A stretch of DNA of 60,709 bases, the filler included. It is 4 parts of 4 records of this genome, joined end to end, with 100 filler letters (N's around TTAATTAATTAA, not from the genome) between each part and the next. Parts side by side here need not be neighbours in the genome. Positions count along the whole stretch, not along the records: positions 10,141 to 27,512 come from SRR20825019_1780; positions 27,613 to 43,248 come from SRR20825019_1781; 2 more parts are not named here. The stretch is one strand, 5' to 3'. Below, in pieces: positions 20,279 to 31,484 of this stretch; position 1 is the first letter of the stretch, and each line of letters opens with the position of its first letter. Both the position numbers and the translations under genes were made by a program. The notes under the pieces are model-generated. The model saw only the letters and a program-made list of their open reading frames with translations, was not told the DNA's origin and did no database searches.

Positions 20279-20742
20279 GACGGTTCCTTAATGGCGCTCT
20301 TCAGTGTCGGCCGGGTGTTGGTAATCTGCAAGTTTTCACCGTGCGGCTTATATGGACCCGCAATGGTTGATGGAGGCGGTGGTTTTTTATGTCGTATTTT
20401 ATCTGTGTGAAGCTCAGAAACCAGCTCTGAGAGCCGCTTGGCGGCAAAATACAATATAGCGCATATTAATAAAAATTCACCTATGACGACCACGTAAAAA
20501 TTGAATGTTACGGCGCAATATTGTATGGTTGCGCATCTGAACGCCAATTGCCCAAATCAATAAAGGCAGCGTCGCTAAGCTTCGGCAAGGCAATGCGCAT
20601 AATGGCGGCGCCTGATCGGGCGCAGCAGAACGCTTTTAGACGCTGCGATTCAGCTTGAGAGGGGCCATCCCCGATCCGCATAGTCGCTATAGCTATACAG
20701 ACTTTTGATTCAGGGACGTCTAAACGGCATGGGGGTGAGGAT

Positions 20743-21285
20743 ATGAAGAACGCGGCTAATCGTCTGATTGACGATCTGTCTGAGGACTCAACGTTGGCGA
20801 CGGATAAGGATGTCGCGGACCGTGGCAAGTCATCTACCTCGAACAATCCGGTCGATGTGTTTGTCGGTGCTCGTCTGCGCCGCCGCCGGAAGGAAATGGG
20901 GATGACCCAGCGCATTGTCGCGCAGAAGATCGGCGTCACCTCCCAGCAATACATGAAATATGAACGCGGCGATAACCGGATCAGTGCATCGCGTCTGTTC
21001 GATGTGGCCTCGGTCCTGAATACGCCGGTTTCTTTCTTCTTCGACGAGATGGACGAGCAGACGATAGCTCAGTCCCCGGCGCGGTTGCTGGGTGGCGAAG
21101 GTATGGCGCCGCCAATGGTCAGCTCTCATGATGTCGAGATTGACTCGCCGCTGGCACGCCGTCAGGCCAGTGAGCTTGTCCGGCTCTGGTGTGACCTGCC
21201 GGAACATGCGCGGACCCGCATCGTCGACCTGGTGCGCACCATGTCGGAGCTGGCTGATCCAGGCCAGGATAACGACCGAAGCTAA
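20743..21285 (+). CDS. XRE-family HTH transcriptional regulator
   Basis: PVDVFVGARLRRRR...GMTQ...IGVTSQQYMKYERGDNRISASRL...PVSFFF. Confidence 0.9.
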   Translation: MKNAANRLIDDLSEDSTLATDKDVADRGKSSTSNNPVDVFVGARLRRRRKEMGMTQRIVAQKIGVTSQQYMKYERGDNRISASRLFDVASVLNTPVSFFFDEMDEQTIAQSPARLLGGEGMAPPMVSSHDVEIDSPLARRQASELVRLWCDLPEHARTRIVDLVRTMSELADPGQDNDRS

Positions 21286-21391
21286 CCACTGGCTTCAGGC
21301 CAAAACCCGGCACTTTGAATAACAAACACTTTGAGTAAATTGCCGCTTTGGCGGCAATTTCTGTTTCCGGGGGATGTACCCGCTTGCCGGC

Positions 21392-21883
21392 TCAGCCCGT
21401 CACGATTGTGTAGGGCTGGGCAAGGTGATGCTCTTCCAGATTATCGCCGGGACCAACCCGGTCGACGATCAGGAAATCTGCGGGGCCTGCCAATGGCGCC
21501 AGGACACCATGCCAGCAATTCATCCTGTACTGGATACCCTGATTGCCGTTCGTCAGGAACGCACGCGGCGTGCCGGGTGTGCCGTCCTCATCTTTGGCGA
21601 CGATAATCAGAAACTGTGTTCCCGCCATCGGTACGAAAGCTTGGCTGCCATGCGGGTGCCGCTCCATCATACCAAGGGAAAGCGGCAGGGTGACGGCCTC
21701 GCTGCGCCCGACGCTCAGGCTTACGGCGCCGTCGGCATCCGTCTCCGGACGGGCGAGATCGTGATGGCGGCCGCAGAGACCGGCGTTGATCATGAAGTCT
21801 GGCGTACCCGTCGCTTCCAGCACGGCGCCGAACGGTGCGAAAGCCTCTGCCGTCAACGGCTGCGCCTTGATAGTTCGGCTCAT
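21392..21883 (-). CDS. allA: Ureidoglycolate lyase
   Basis: PLTAEAFAPFG, MERHPHGSQAF, WH and FLIVDR.GPGDNL. Confidence 0.93.
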   Translation of the reverse strand: MSRTIKAQPLTAEAFAPFGAVLEATGTPDFMINAGLCGRHHDLARPETDADGAVSLSVGRSEAVTLPLSLGMMERHPHGSQAFVPMAGTQFLIIVAKDEDGTPGTPRAFLTNGNQGIQYRMNCWHGVLAPLAGPADFLIVDRVGPGDNLEEHHLAQPYTIVTG

Positions 21884-22737
21884 CGCCCGAACCCGCCGAC
21901 ACCGGTCAGTTTCGGATGCCGGTGCATGTCCTTGTAGAGCAGATAGCGGAACGGCTCCGGCCCGGCCGCGTAGCAGGCCTGCGGGCAGAAGGCACGCAGC
22001 CACATATAGTCACCCGCCTCGACCTCCACCCAGTCCTGGTTCAGCTTGTAGACGCCCTTGCCCTGCAGCACGTAGAGGCCGTGCTCCATGACGTGGGTTT
22101 CCTCGAACGGAATGGTGCCGCCCGGCTGGAACGTGACGACTGTGATGTGCATGTCATGCCGCAGGTCTTCTGGATCGACGAACCGGCTCGTCGCCCAGCG
22201 GCCTTCGGTATCGGGCATGGCATTGGGGGGGGTGTCCCGGTCATTGGCGAAAAGCGGCTCAGGAGTATCGAGCCCGTCCACGGCCTCGTACATCTTCCTG
22301 ACCCAGTGAAACTTTGCCGTCTCGCTTCCCCGGTTGCGCAGGGTCCAGCCCGATGACGGCGGCAGGAAGCCGAAACCGCCCGGCTCAAGCACATGCTCCG
22401 CCCCGCCGACGGTAACGGTGACCGAGCCGGAGACAACGAACAGCGCGCCTTCGGCGCCTGCTTCCGGTTCCGGTCTGTCCGAGCCGCCGCCGGGGCCGAC
22501 TTCCATCACATAGTGCGAGAAAGTTTCGCTGAAACCGGAAAGCGGCCGGGCGATGATCCAGCCCCGGGTCTTCTCCCAGAACGGAAACAGGCTGGCGACA
22601 ATATCGGTCATCACGCCCTTCGGGATCACTGCATAGGCGTCGGTGAAGACCGCTCGGCCGGTCATCAGCTCGCGCTGGCCCGGCAGACCGCCTTCGATGG
22701 CGAAGTAGGACCCTGCGTCCTGTTTTTTGGTGCTCAT
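21880..22737 (-). CDS. allE: (S)-ureidoglycine aminohydrolase, bicupin
   Basis: ETHVMEHGLYVLQG, WLRAFCPQAC and YLLYKD..RH; ATGA overlaps on both sides. Confidence 0.9.
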   Translation of the reverse strand: MSTKKQDAGSYFAIEGGLPGQRELMTGRAVFTDAYAVIPKGVMTDIVASLFPFWEKTRGWIIARPLSGFSETFSHYVMEVGPGGGSDRPEPEAGAEGALFVVSGSVTVTVGGAEHVLEPGGFGFLPPSSGWTLRNRGSETAKFHWVRKMYEAVDGLDTPEPLFANDRDTPPNAMPDTEGRWATSRFVDPEDLRHDMHITVVTFQPGGTIPFEETHVMEHGLYVLQGKGVYKLNQDWVEVEAGDYMWLRAFCPQACYAAGPEPFRYLLYKDMHRHPKLTGVGGFGR

Positions 22738-24149
22738 GGCAGCAGATCCTTCAATCTCAACTCGGTGATGCGTTCGACCTGACGGCACGCTTCCGCTATT
22801 TCCGTCTCCCGGTCATTGCCGATGCGGCGTTGAAAGGCAGTGAGGATGCCCGCCTTGTCATGATCGCGGACGGCGATGATGAACGGGAAGCCGTGCTTGG
22901 CCACATATTCCGCGTTCAGCGCCTCGAAGCTGGTCCGTTCCGCGTCGGTCAGGGCGTCCAGTCCGGCGCTGGCCTGCTCTGATGTGGAATTCTCGGTCAG
23001 GCGTTTGGCTTGCGCCAGTTTTCCGGCGAGATCCGGATGGGCGTTAAGGACGCCCAGTCGTTCCGCTTCGCTGGCCGAGCGGAAGATCCGGGTGAGAGCG
23101 TTGTGCAGGCCGGTTGCCGTGTCGTGCGCCGGGCCGCGTTCCAGATCGAAGGCCTGCTCGGCAATCCAGGGAGAGTTCTCAAAGATGCCGCCGAAGCACT
23201 CGACAAACCGTTCGCGGGACATGGCGCCGGGCCGCTCCCAGCGCTTGTGCGGGAAATTGGCTTTCCAGTGCTCTGCGATCTCGATCCGGCGGGCAAACCA
23301 GACATCGCTATGGGATTGCGCGTATTCGATGAAGCGCTTCAGTCCTGCCGCCCGTCCGGGCCGGCCGGTGAGGCGGCAATGCAGGCCGACGGACATCATG
23401 GCCGGGCGACCGGCTGCGCCTTCCGCGTAGAGACCGTCGAAACTGTCTTTCAGATATTGGAAGAACTGCTCGCCGGTATTGAAGCCCTGCGGTGTTGCGA
23501 ACCGCATGTCGTTGGCGTCGAGCGTATAGGGAATGATCAGCTGATCGTGCTCGCCCGCTTCCATCCAGTAGGGCAGGTCGTCGGCATAGCTGTCCGAGAT
23601 GTAGTCGAAATCGCCCCGCGCGGCGACGAGCCCGACCGTGTTCATGGAGCAGCGGCCGGTATACCAGCCGCGCGGCGCCTCTCCGGTGACTTCGGCATGC
23701 AGGCGGATCGCTTCGACGATCTGGGCCAGCTCCTCCGCCTCGGTCATGTCCTTGTGCTCGATCCATTTGAGCCCGTGCGAGGCAATCTCCCAGTCGGCCT
23801 CCTGCATCGCCTTCACCTGCGACGGACTACGTGCGAGTGCCGTGGCAACGCCATAGACAGTGAGCGGGATGCCGGCCTCGGTGAACAGCCGGTGCAGACG
23901 CCAGAACCCGGCCCGGGCGCCATATTCGTAGATCGATTCCATATTCCAGTGCCGCTGGCCTGGCCAGGCGGCGGCACCGACGATCTCCGAGAGGAAAGCT
24001 TCGGAGGCGTCGTCCCCGTGCAGCAGGTTGTTTTCGCCGCCTTCCTCGTAATTCAGGACGAACTGCACCGCGACCTTCGCACCGCCCGGCCAGGCGGCAT
24101 TCGGAACGGTCTGGCCATAGCCTTCAAGATCGCGCGGATAGGTCCCCAT
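22734..24149 (-). CDS. puuE: Allantoinase PuuE fused to OHCU decarboxylase (UraD)
   Basis: YPRDL.GYG, QFVLNYEEGGEN, YEYGARAGFWR and GLHCRL.GRPGR; C-terminal FENSPW, AHPDLAG, S.SEQASAGL and GFPFIIAV. Confidence 0.95.
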   Translation of the reverse strand: MGTYPRDLEGYGQTVPNAAWPGGAKVAVQFVLNYEEGGENNLLHGDDASEAFLSEIVGAAAWPGQRHWNMESIYEYGARAGFWRLHRLFTEAGIPLTVYGVATALARSPSQVKAMQEADWEIASHGLKWIEHKDMTEAEELAQIVEAIRLHAEVTGEAPRGWYTGRCSMNTVGLVAARGDFDYISDSYADDLPYWMEAGEHDQLIIPYTLDANDMRFATPQGFNTGEQFFQYLKDSFDGLYAEGAAGRPAMMSVGLHCRLTGRPGRAAGLKRFIEYAQSHSDVWFARRIEIAEHWKANFPHKRWERPGAMSRERFVECFGGIFENSPWIAEQAFDLERGPAHDTATGLHNALTRIFRSASEAERLGVLNAHPDLAGKLAQAKRLTENSTSEQASAGLDALTDAERTSFEALNAEYVAKHGFPFIIAVRDHDKAGILTAFQRRIGNDRETEIAEACRQVERITELRLKDLLP

Positions 24150-24205
24150 ACTTCTTCCTCTCATGCCTGCGGGCGCCATCGTTCCAGAGAACCGCCCGGC
24201 GGACA

Positions 24206-24222
24206 TTCAACAAAATTTTGAA
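24206..24222. promoter_or_regulatory. Inverted repeat TTCAA-N7-TTGAA in the divergent puuE/uraH promoter region
   Basis: TTCAACAAAATTTTGAA in an AT-rich intergenic region. Confidence 0.4.
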
Positions 24223-24342
24223 AGAGTCTTATGACAAGCCCCCTTTCATATACAATTCCTAGACAATCTAATTCAGTCAAAGAACGCGGTCGTGCAAAGA
24301 CTGCAACCGGGATCAACCCGGCAAAACAGGGGCAGACTTGCT

Positions 24343-24702
24343 ATGGCGTCAGGACGATTGACGACTCATGTGCTTGATCAGGCGGCAGGGAAACCGGCGG
24401 CGGGGCTGAAGATCGAGCTTTTCCGGCTGACCGGTGGCGTGCCGCAACCTGTCTCGCATGCGGTGACGAACGCGGACGGGCGCACGGACGGCCCGATGGC
24501 GCAAGGCGAAAGCTTTACGCCCGGCGTCTATGAGTTGCTTTTCCATGCTGGCGATTATCTGAAATCGGCGGGCCATGTCGGAGATGGCACCCTGTTCCTC
24601 GACACCATTCCGCTGCGCTTCGGTATCGAGGATGCGGACCAGCATTTTCATGTGCCTTTGCTGCTGTCTCCCTACGGTTACGCGACTTACAGGGGGAGCT
24701 GA
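24343..24702 (+). CDS. uraH: 5-hydroxyisourate hydrolase
   Basis: LTTHVLD, TNADGR, HVPLLLSP and C-terminal YRGS. Confidence 0.97.
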   Translation: MASGRLTTHVLDQAAGKPAAGLKIELFRLTGGVPQPVSHAVTNADGRTDGPMAQGESFTPGVYELLFHAGDYLKSAGHVGDGTLFLDTIPLRFGIEDADQHFHVPLLLSPYGYATYRGS

Positions 24703-24705
24703 CCG

Positions 24706-26157
24706 GTGACGATGGCGCGGGGCGAAATCCGGTTTCTGCTGAACGATCGCGAGATACGTCTCGGGACGGTCGGCGCCGGTGACGCCCTGCTGGATCATCT
24801 CCGCCTCGATCAGCGCTTGCGCGGAACAAAGGAAGGCTGCGCCGAGGGCGATTGCGGCGCCTGCACCGTTCTGGTAGGTCGGCGTGCCGGCGGCACGATC
24901 CGGTACGAGACGATCAACGCCTGTATCCGGCTGCTCGCTTCCGTCGATCTTTGCCATGTGGTCACGGTGGAATATCTGCGTGGCCCGGAGGGCGGGCTGC
25001 ATGCGGTGCAGCAGGCGATGGTCGATCATCACGGGAGTCAGTGCGGTTTCTGCACGCCGGGCGTGGTGATGTCTCTCTACGCGCTCTGGATGGAAGCGGG
25101 CTGCACGTCCGTGGAGGCCGTTGAAACCGCGCTTCAAGGCAATCTCTGCCGCTGCACCGGGTATGAGCCGATTGTCCGCGCCGCACTCGCGGCAGGCAAG
25201 ACCGCGCCGGACGGGGACTTTCTCGCCGTGGAGCGGGCCCATGTGCTCGAACGGCTGGCGGCGATGACTGACGGTGCGCGGGTCATGGTGTCACGTGATG
25301 AGAGCACCGCCATACTGCCGGCGAATGCCGGCGATCTAGCATTAATTCTTACTGAATATAAAGACGCAACCATCGTTGCTGGCTCTACCGATGTCGGGCT
25401 CTGGGTCACCAAGAATATGCGCGATATCTCACCCGCGATCTTCATCGGGCATCTCGACGAGCTGAAGCGGATTTCGGTGGAAGAGGGTGCGGTCACCCTG
25501 GGCGCCGGTGTCAGCTATTCCGATACAGCGCCCGTTATAGCCAAGCATTTCCCGCACTTGCCGGAGTTCTGGGGGCGGATCGGCGGCTGGCAGGTGCGCA
25601 ATATGGGGACGGTCGGCGGGAACATCGCCAACGGCTCCCCCATCGGCGACACGCCGCCGGTGCTGATCGCGCTTGGTGCGGAGCTGACATTGCGGCGGGC
25701 AGAGGGTAGCCGCCGTATTCCGCTGGAAGATTTTTTTATCGACTATGGCAAGCAGGACCGGGCGCCGGACGAGTTCGTCGAAGCGGTGCATATACCGCTG
25801 CCGGCCGTCGGATCGCTGAATGCCGCCTACAAGATTTCGAAGCGCCGGGATGAGGATATCTCAGCGGTCTGCGGGGCGTTTTCCATCACAGTGGAAGAAG
25901 GCCTGGTGGTGCGTGTCCGGCTGGCCTTCGGCGGTATGGCGGCAACGCCGAAGCGGGCGGCTCGTGCGGAGGCGGCTCTCGTCGGTCAGCCCTGGAGCGA
26001 AGCAAGCGTGCGCGCGGCGATGGCGGCTTTGGCCGATGATTTCTCGCCACTGTCCGACTGGCGGGCCTCTGCGGAGTATCGCAGCCGGGTGGCGGCGAAC
26101 CTGCTGCTGCGTTTTTATCTCGCGACCGGCAGCCAGCCGGCACGGTTGAGCGCGTGA
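24706..26157 (+). CDS. xdhA: Xanthine dehydrogenase small subunit (2Fe-2S/FAD)
   Basis: GTKEGCAEGDCGACTV, SQCGFCTPG, GNLCRCTGY, ANGSPIGD and YKISKR. Confidence 0.96.
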   Translation: MTMARGEIRFLLNDREIRLGTVGAGDALLDHLRLDQRLRGTKEGCAEGDCGACTVLVGRRAGGTIRYETINACIRLLASVDLCHVVTVEYLRGPEGGLHAVQQAMVDHHGSQCGFCTPGVVMSLYALWMEAGCTSVEAVETALQGNLCRCTGYEPIVRAALAAGKTAPDGDFLAVERAHVLERLAAMTDGARVMVSRDESTAILPANAGDLALILTEYKDATIVAGSTDVGLWVTKNMRDISPAIFIGHLDELKRISVEEGAVTLGAGVSYSDTAPVIAKHFPHLPEFWGRIGGWQVRNMGTVGGNIANGSPIGDTPPVLIALGAELTLRRAEGSRRIPLEDFFIDYGKQDRAPDEFVEAVHIPLPAVGSLNAAYKISKRRDEDISAVCGAFSITVEEGLVVRVRLAFGGMAATPKRAARAEAALVGQPWSEASVRAAMAALADDFSPLSDWRASAEYRSRVAANLLLRFYLATGSQPARLSA

Positions 26158-27512
26158 TGGATGGCGGACGGCAAGACGCAGGCACGAGAGTGCGGGGCGG
26201 CGTCCACAGCGCTGAGCGGCATGACTCGGCTCACAAGCATGTCACCGGCTCGGCGGACTATATCGACGATATGGTGGAACCGGTCGGCACCCTGCACGCT
26301 TATCTGGGTCTCTCGGAAGCCGCCCATGCGGAAATTGTGTCGATCGACCTGACTGCCGTGCGGTCGGCACCGGGCGTTGTGGATGTGCTGACGGCGGCGG
26401 ATATTCCGGCTGTGAACGATGTCAGTCCAGTCCATGCTCATGACGACCCGGTCTTTGCCGAGGACAAGGTGATGTTCTGGGGGCAGCCGGTTTTTGCCGT
26501 GATCGCGGAGAGTCGGAAGCAGGCCCGCCGCGCGGCGACACTGGCCCGGATCGACTATCGCCCGCTCGATGCCGCTATCGATATCGACGCGGCCATGGCT
26601 GCGGGTTCCGAACTCGTCACCAAACCGCTGAAACTGGAACGCGGCTCCGTCGACGCGGCGCTGGCCGCCGCGCCGCACCGGATTACCGGCAGCATGGAAA
26701 TTGGTGGTCAGGATCATTTCTATCTCGAAGGCCATATTGCTTTCGCCATTCCGGGCGAGGATGAGACCGTCACCATCCATTCCTCGACCCAGCATCCGAG
26801 TGAGGGGCAAAACCTCGTCTCCGAGGTGCTGGGTGTGGCCGCGAATGCGGTCTCCGTGCAGGTAAGGCGGATGGGCGGCGGGTTCGGGGGCAAGGAATCC
26901 CAACCGGCCCTGTTCGCCGCCGTTGCCGCTCTGGCGGCCAAGCGGCTGAACCGTCCGGTGAAGATTCGTCCGGACCGGGACGATGACATGATCGCCACCG
27001 GCAAGCGGCATGATTTCAAGGTCGCCTACGATGTCGGCTTCGACGATGAGGGGCGCATTCTCGGCGTGGAGGGTACATACGCCGCACGCTGCGGTTTTTC
27101 CGCCGATCTTTCCGGCCCGGTAACGGATCGGGCGCTGTTCCACGCCGACAATGCCTATTACTTCCCGCATGTTCGGCTGAAGTCCCTGCCGCTCCGGACC
27201 AACACTGTTTCCAACACGGCCTTTCGCGGCTTTGGCGGGCCTCAGGGCGTGCTCGGGGCGGAACGGATCGTCGAGGAAATCGCCTACGCGCTGGGCAAGG
27301 ACCCGCTGGAAATCCGGAAGGCGAATTTCTACGGCCCGCCCGGCCGGGATGTGACCCCCTATCATCAGACGGTGACGGACTCGATCCTTGACCGGCTGGT
27401 GGGTGAACTTGAAGAGAGTTCCGACTATCAGGCGCGACGCTCGGCCATTCTCGATTTCAACCGGCAGGGCGGGGTTATCCGCAAGGGCATCGCCCTGACG
27501 CCGGTCAAGTTC
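26154..27512 (+). CDS. xdhB: Xanthine dehydrogenase molybdopterin subunit, 3'-truncated
   Basis: HDSAHKHVTG, QDHFYLEG, STQHP, RMGGGFGGKESQ and AFRGFGGPQG. Confidence 0.96.
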
Positions 27513-27612
27513 NNNNNNNNNNNNNNNNNNNNNNNNNNNNNNNNNNNNNNNNNNNNTTAATTAATTAANNNNNNNNNNNNNNNNNNNNNNNNNNNNNNNN
27601 NNNNNNNNNNNN
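27513..27612. other. Artificial contig-joining spacer
   Basis: N44-TTAATTAATTAA-N44. Confidence 0.99.
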
Positions 27613-27700
27613 TGAGAAAGACGCCAAAGATGAGAAAGACGCTAAGGACGAAAAGGACGAGAAGGACGAGAAGGATGAGAAGGATGAGAAGGACGATGAA
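27613..27700 (+). repeat. 9-bp tandem coding repeat (DEK/DAK)n
   Basis: Units resembling GAYGAGAAG at the contig start. Confidence 0.85.
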
Positions 27701-29243
27701 GAAAACGAAGCAGAATCACGAACAGAGCCCGCATGGGAATGGAATGGCCATTTTAGTGACTCGAAGGTCGAGGAGAAGCCTGCGACGACCATCGACAAAA
27801 ACGTGTGGTTGGGCGAAAAAGAGGGAAACAAAACAGTTGGCTTCACGATCACGGCTAAGGTTCTGCCCGCCAAAGGCCCCAACTGGCAAGACATTGCCGT
27901 CCTCGGTGGCTGCGGAGGTTTCCTGTTCGGTATTCACAAGAACAAATGGATTCTGGCCAAGCAATGCGCTTCTGGCAACCGTGAATACGGAGGCCCCGTC
28001 GAGAGCAACGATAAGGCGGTGTATATAACGGCCACGTACAATAACAGCACGGCGCAGTTTTTCGTGAACGGGGACTTGGTTGCCGCCAAGCCGCTTTCAA
28101 ACGTGCTTTACACCAAAAAGAATGACAAGGTAACCACCCTAGCTTGCACAATGACCGTGGCCAGCACTCTGCGTCTTAATTTGCTGACATTTGATGTATT
28201 GTAGGTATTCATTGGTGGAGATCTTGTTGGCGGGAACGAGCACGAGTCATTCAAGGGTGCGATTGCCTACGTGGGTATTTGGAAGGGGGTGTTGTCAGCG
28301 GAAGAAGTCAAATCCACGGTGACCGAGCGTGAGCTAGGTAATTCGAATGATATTTTATGTCCACTGCGATCTTATGTTGACGGCGTCTTTTCCTTCCTTT
28401 TCTCGTTTAGCGGACGGTGAGAATGACAAGATGGGCGCGGTGGAATCTATTCATGCAGCGAATGAGAAGAAGGAAGAAGACGATGGAAAGGGCGAGGAGA
28501 AGGAAAAGGAGAAGGATGATGACCAGGACACCGACATGGACGTTGAGAAGGCCGACACGTCCACTAACAATATCCCAACGCCCGAGCTTATCAACAGGCA
28601 GATGGTCAAGCCTGGCGGATGTCTCGCACAGGAAGGCTCCTCTATTCCCGCGGACATGTGGGGGGGAATGTTCACCCTGGCCGCCAGGGTGACCGTGTCG
28701 AAGCAGGAGGGGTGGCAAGCCATTCTGGCAAGGGCCGACTGCGGCGGTGTGGTGTTCGGTAAGCTCACGTGCTGATGGGAGAGCTCCAGTGACCTAATCT
28801 TTGATCGCAGGGCTCCAGGATATGCATTGGCAATTCGGCCAGCAGTGCCATGCTGAGACCGTAAAGCCTTATGAACACTCCCCCGCGGCAATCGAAGGCG
28901 ACACGTACAACGTGGCTGTCACGTATGATGGCAAGCGCAGCATCTTGTACGTGAATGGCGCCAAGGTTGGCGAGAACGAGGTCCACATTGAGTTTAGCAA
29001 CGCTGATAGCCTGTTCATTGGATGCTCAAGCCCGGAGAGTGAGTTTACTTGGACATTGCGGCCAATTTTCCATCTAATCTTTTGGCTCGTAACGTTTAAT
29101 CAGGTTTTGCCCAGAAGTGGAGGGGGTTCATTTGTTCAGCGCAGGTTTTCCAGGCTGTTTTGACAGATGGTGAAATCGTTAGACTGAACAACTTGATGAC
29201 CAAGGATGGTGCGTGCCCGCTCCAGCCCGCCGTGGCGTGGTGA
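27613..29243 (+). CDS. Eukaryotic multi-exon protein with two LamG/ConA-like domains and acidic repeats, 5'-truncated
   Basis: ITATYN..AQFFVNG and VAVTYDG...LYVNG, plus FIG...FKGAI..V.IW...LS.EEV after splicing GT-AG introns (e.g. 28130-28204, 29039-29103); stop TGA at 29241. Confidence 0.75.
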
Positions 29244-29472
29244 TATACATAAAAATACCATATGAACACTGCTGGAATCATAGGCCTGCACTTCAGGGCT
29301 CAAAATGTATTTTTGCCAGCTAGGTTGCGCCGGTGTTGGGGGGTATCACATCGGGTGCACAGTTTTTTTCTGCACCTGTGTAACTGGATCCAATTCATGA
29401 CTGGGGCTATTGCCATAAGTTGACAAGTCATATATCAATACAAGATGCCCTCTTTGGAGGACATCTGTCACC

Positions 29473-31484
29473 TCACTGAACAGTTCCCTCAGCAAAACGG
29501 ACCCAAGCCTCCAGTTCCGGTGATACTTCCGACGCCATAAGCCCATTGCAGATAGAGTATAGAAGCCGACCACGCTTGGAGAGAACACTCCCGTACACTG
29601 CTGCCGCCGAACCGATAACACCTGACGCTTGGACGATGCGACGGAAGGCGGCGTGGTCATGAAGCGACACAACACGCATGGCAACCAATAGCACCTGATA
29701 AGGGAGCAGGTTGAACGGGTGAAGAGTGTTCTCGAAATCAGTGAGGAGGAATTCGAGTACATCAACCGCACCGTGATACAGCTCCTCCATAGGTTCGTTG
29801 TTAATATATCCCACGACCAATGCCACACCCCTGGCGCATACTCGCGTAAAATTTACGCGGCAAACGTTGGGCGGGATGCCCTCTCCCGACTCGAACACTT
29901 TCTGCAATATGCCATGGTCCATCAATGCCTCCGATTTGATCCCGTCTAGCATCAGAGAGGCCATGTGGTCACCGCTGTCACCACGCTTGAAGAGGAAGAG
30001 GAATGAGTCGAGATAGTCGCCACTGGGTGTAGAGTTCGGGGGAGCACAGAGGACCTCGAGGGTGAACAACGAGGACACCACGCTGCCTCGCACACGCCGA
30101 AGGTCCTGGGCGAACTTTTTGTCCGCCAACGTGACCTCCAAGCGATCAAATACAAGGTCGCGGGTCCGCTCCCAAGGGTTTGGTAAGCCGCTGAAGAATA
30201 TACAAGAACACATTGCCCTGGTAAGTGACGGTCAGTCAGAGCATACAGTGAGAGCAGGAATTGACACAGAAAAATATCAATAAACACCGGGATCCGCGAA
30301 TGAGAGACAAACATCAACTAGGCATATCCTTACGTGTAGTAGTCTGGGAAGGAGGCTTTGTCCGTTGAAGGAGAGGACAGGACATCATAGAGGCCCCGGT
30401 ATACTGGAAGCATCTTCATGATGTGTGTGCTATCGAGGTGCTCTACGAGGACCCCAACCAGGCAGATGGAGCCGAGAAGTTCGGGGGTAAGAGCAACATC
30501 GCCGCTGAAGACGTGTGGCATCAGCATCACGAACTCCTCCACGGTCAGGACGGCAAGGTGCCTGCAGAGCGACAGAGACTGTGGCATTCGTGTGTCAAAA
30601 ACTCGCCCGGAAGGTCGCAGTGCTGACTCACCGTCGTGAAATTCATGTACAAGCTTGCGTGAGCGACGGCTGAGAGCAGCATAAAAGACTCCAAGAGCCC
30701 CATGCTGCCCGGCACCCCTCCTTCCACTGTGGTGGGGAGCGTCACATCCGACCATCCTCGCCCGTACCGCATAAACCTCGTCCACTCGTCAAAGCTCTCT
30801 CTGATACCCGCAATGGAGCTGTCGTAGGCCCAAGTCAGCACAGAAAGAAGTAACAAGGGGTCAAAACGGCTCTTACACTCCAAATGTGGCCCCCACCCCT
30901 ATCACGCGACCAGCGACGCCAATGGTTGCCTCGAAGTAAAGCCTTTCTGATGACACCGCTGCAGACATTTTCAAGATCCCTGCCTGATGTCTCAACAAGA
31001 TTGCGTGCGAGCTCTTGCGTGCATTCTTCTTCTTCGAGACAATGGTATTGCGGCGCTCATCCCACTTGCAAAGATGGTCTTGGCCAAGCGCCCGGCACTG
31101 CCCGCACACCGGCTGCTGTCTATCGCACCTGGACAAAGTCACGTCTTAGCCACCCCTACGCACGGTCCAACCAGCAAAAACCCACTTTTTTCTTCTGTTG
31201 CGACAGTTGAAGCACACGAGAACCGGCCTATCCCGGGGGCCCTTGCGCGAGGACCGTCGTCCTTTTGCGGGGCCCGCCTCCCCATTTATCACGTCAGTTG
31301 TGTTGTGTGAAGATACATTATCACTGGAGGGAGTGCCGCTGCTATAGGGCGAGAAGGAGGGGGACTGGCACTCGGGCTGTAGGGGGTGTGGGTCCTCCTC
31401 CAAATGAGACCAGGGGATGTCTCCCGGAGCCACTTCCCAGTCAAAGTCCAAGTCGTCAAAACATGATGCAACCGTAGTTTCCAT
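29473..31484 (-). CDS. Zn(II)2Cys6 binuclear-cluster transcription factor, multi-exon
   Basis: Removing the 57-nt intron 31129-31185 gives CFNCRNRRKKCDRQQPVCGQCRALGQDHLC; three further GT-AG introns link the downstream ORFs in frame. Confidence 0.8.

Noticed and set aside
20466-20480. Possible CtrA box upstream of the XRE gene
   Set aside because: Spacing is TTAA-N6-TTCAC rather than TTAA-N7-TTAA
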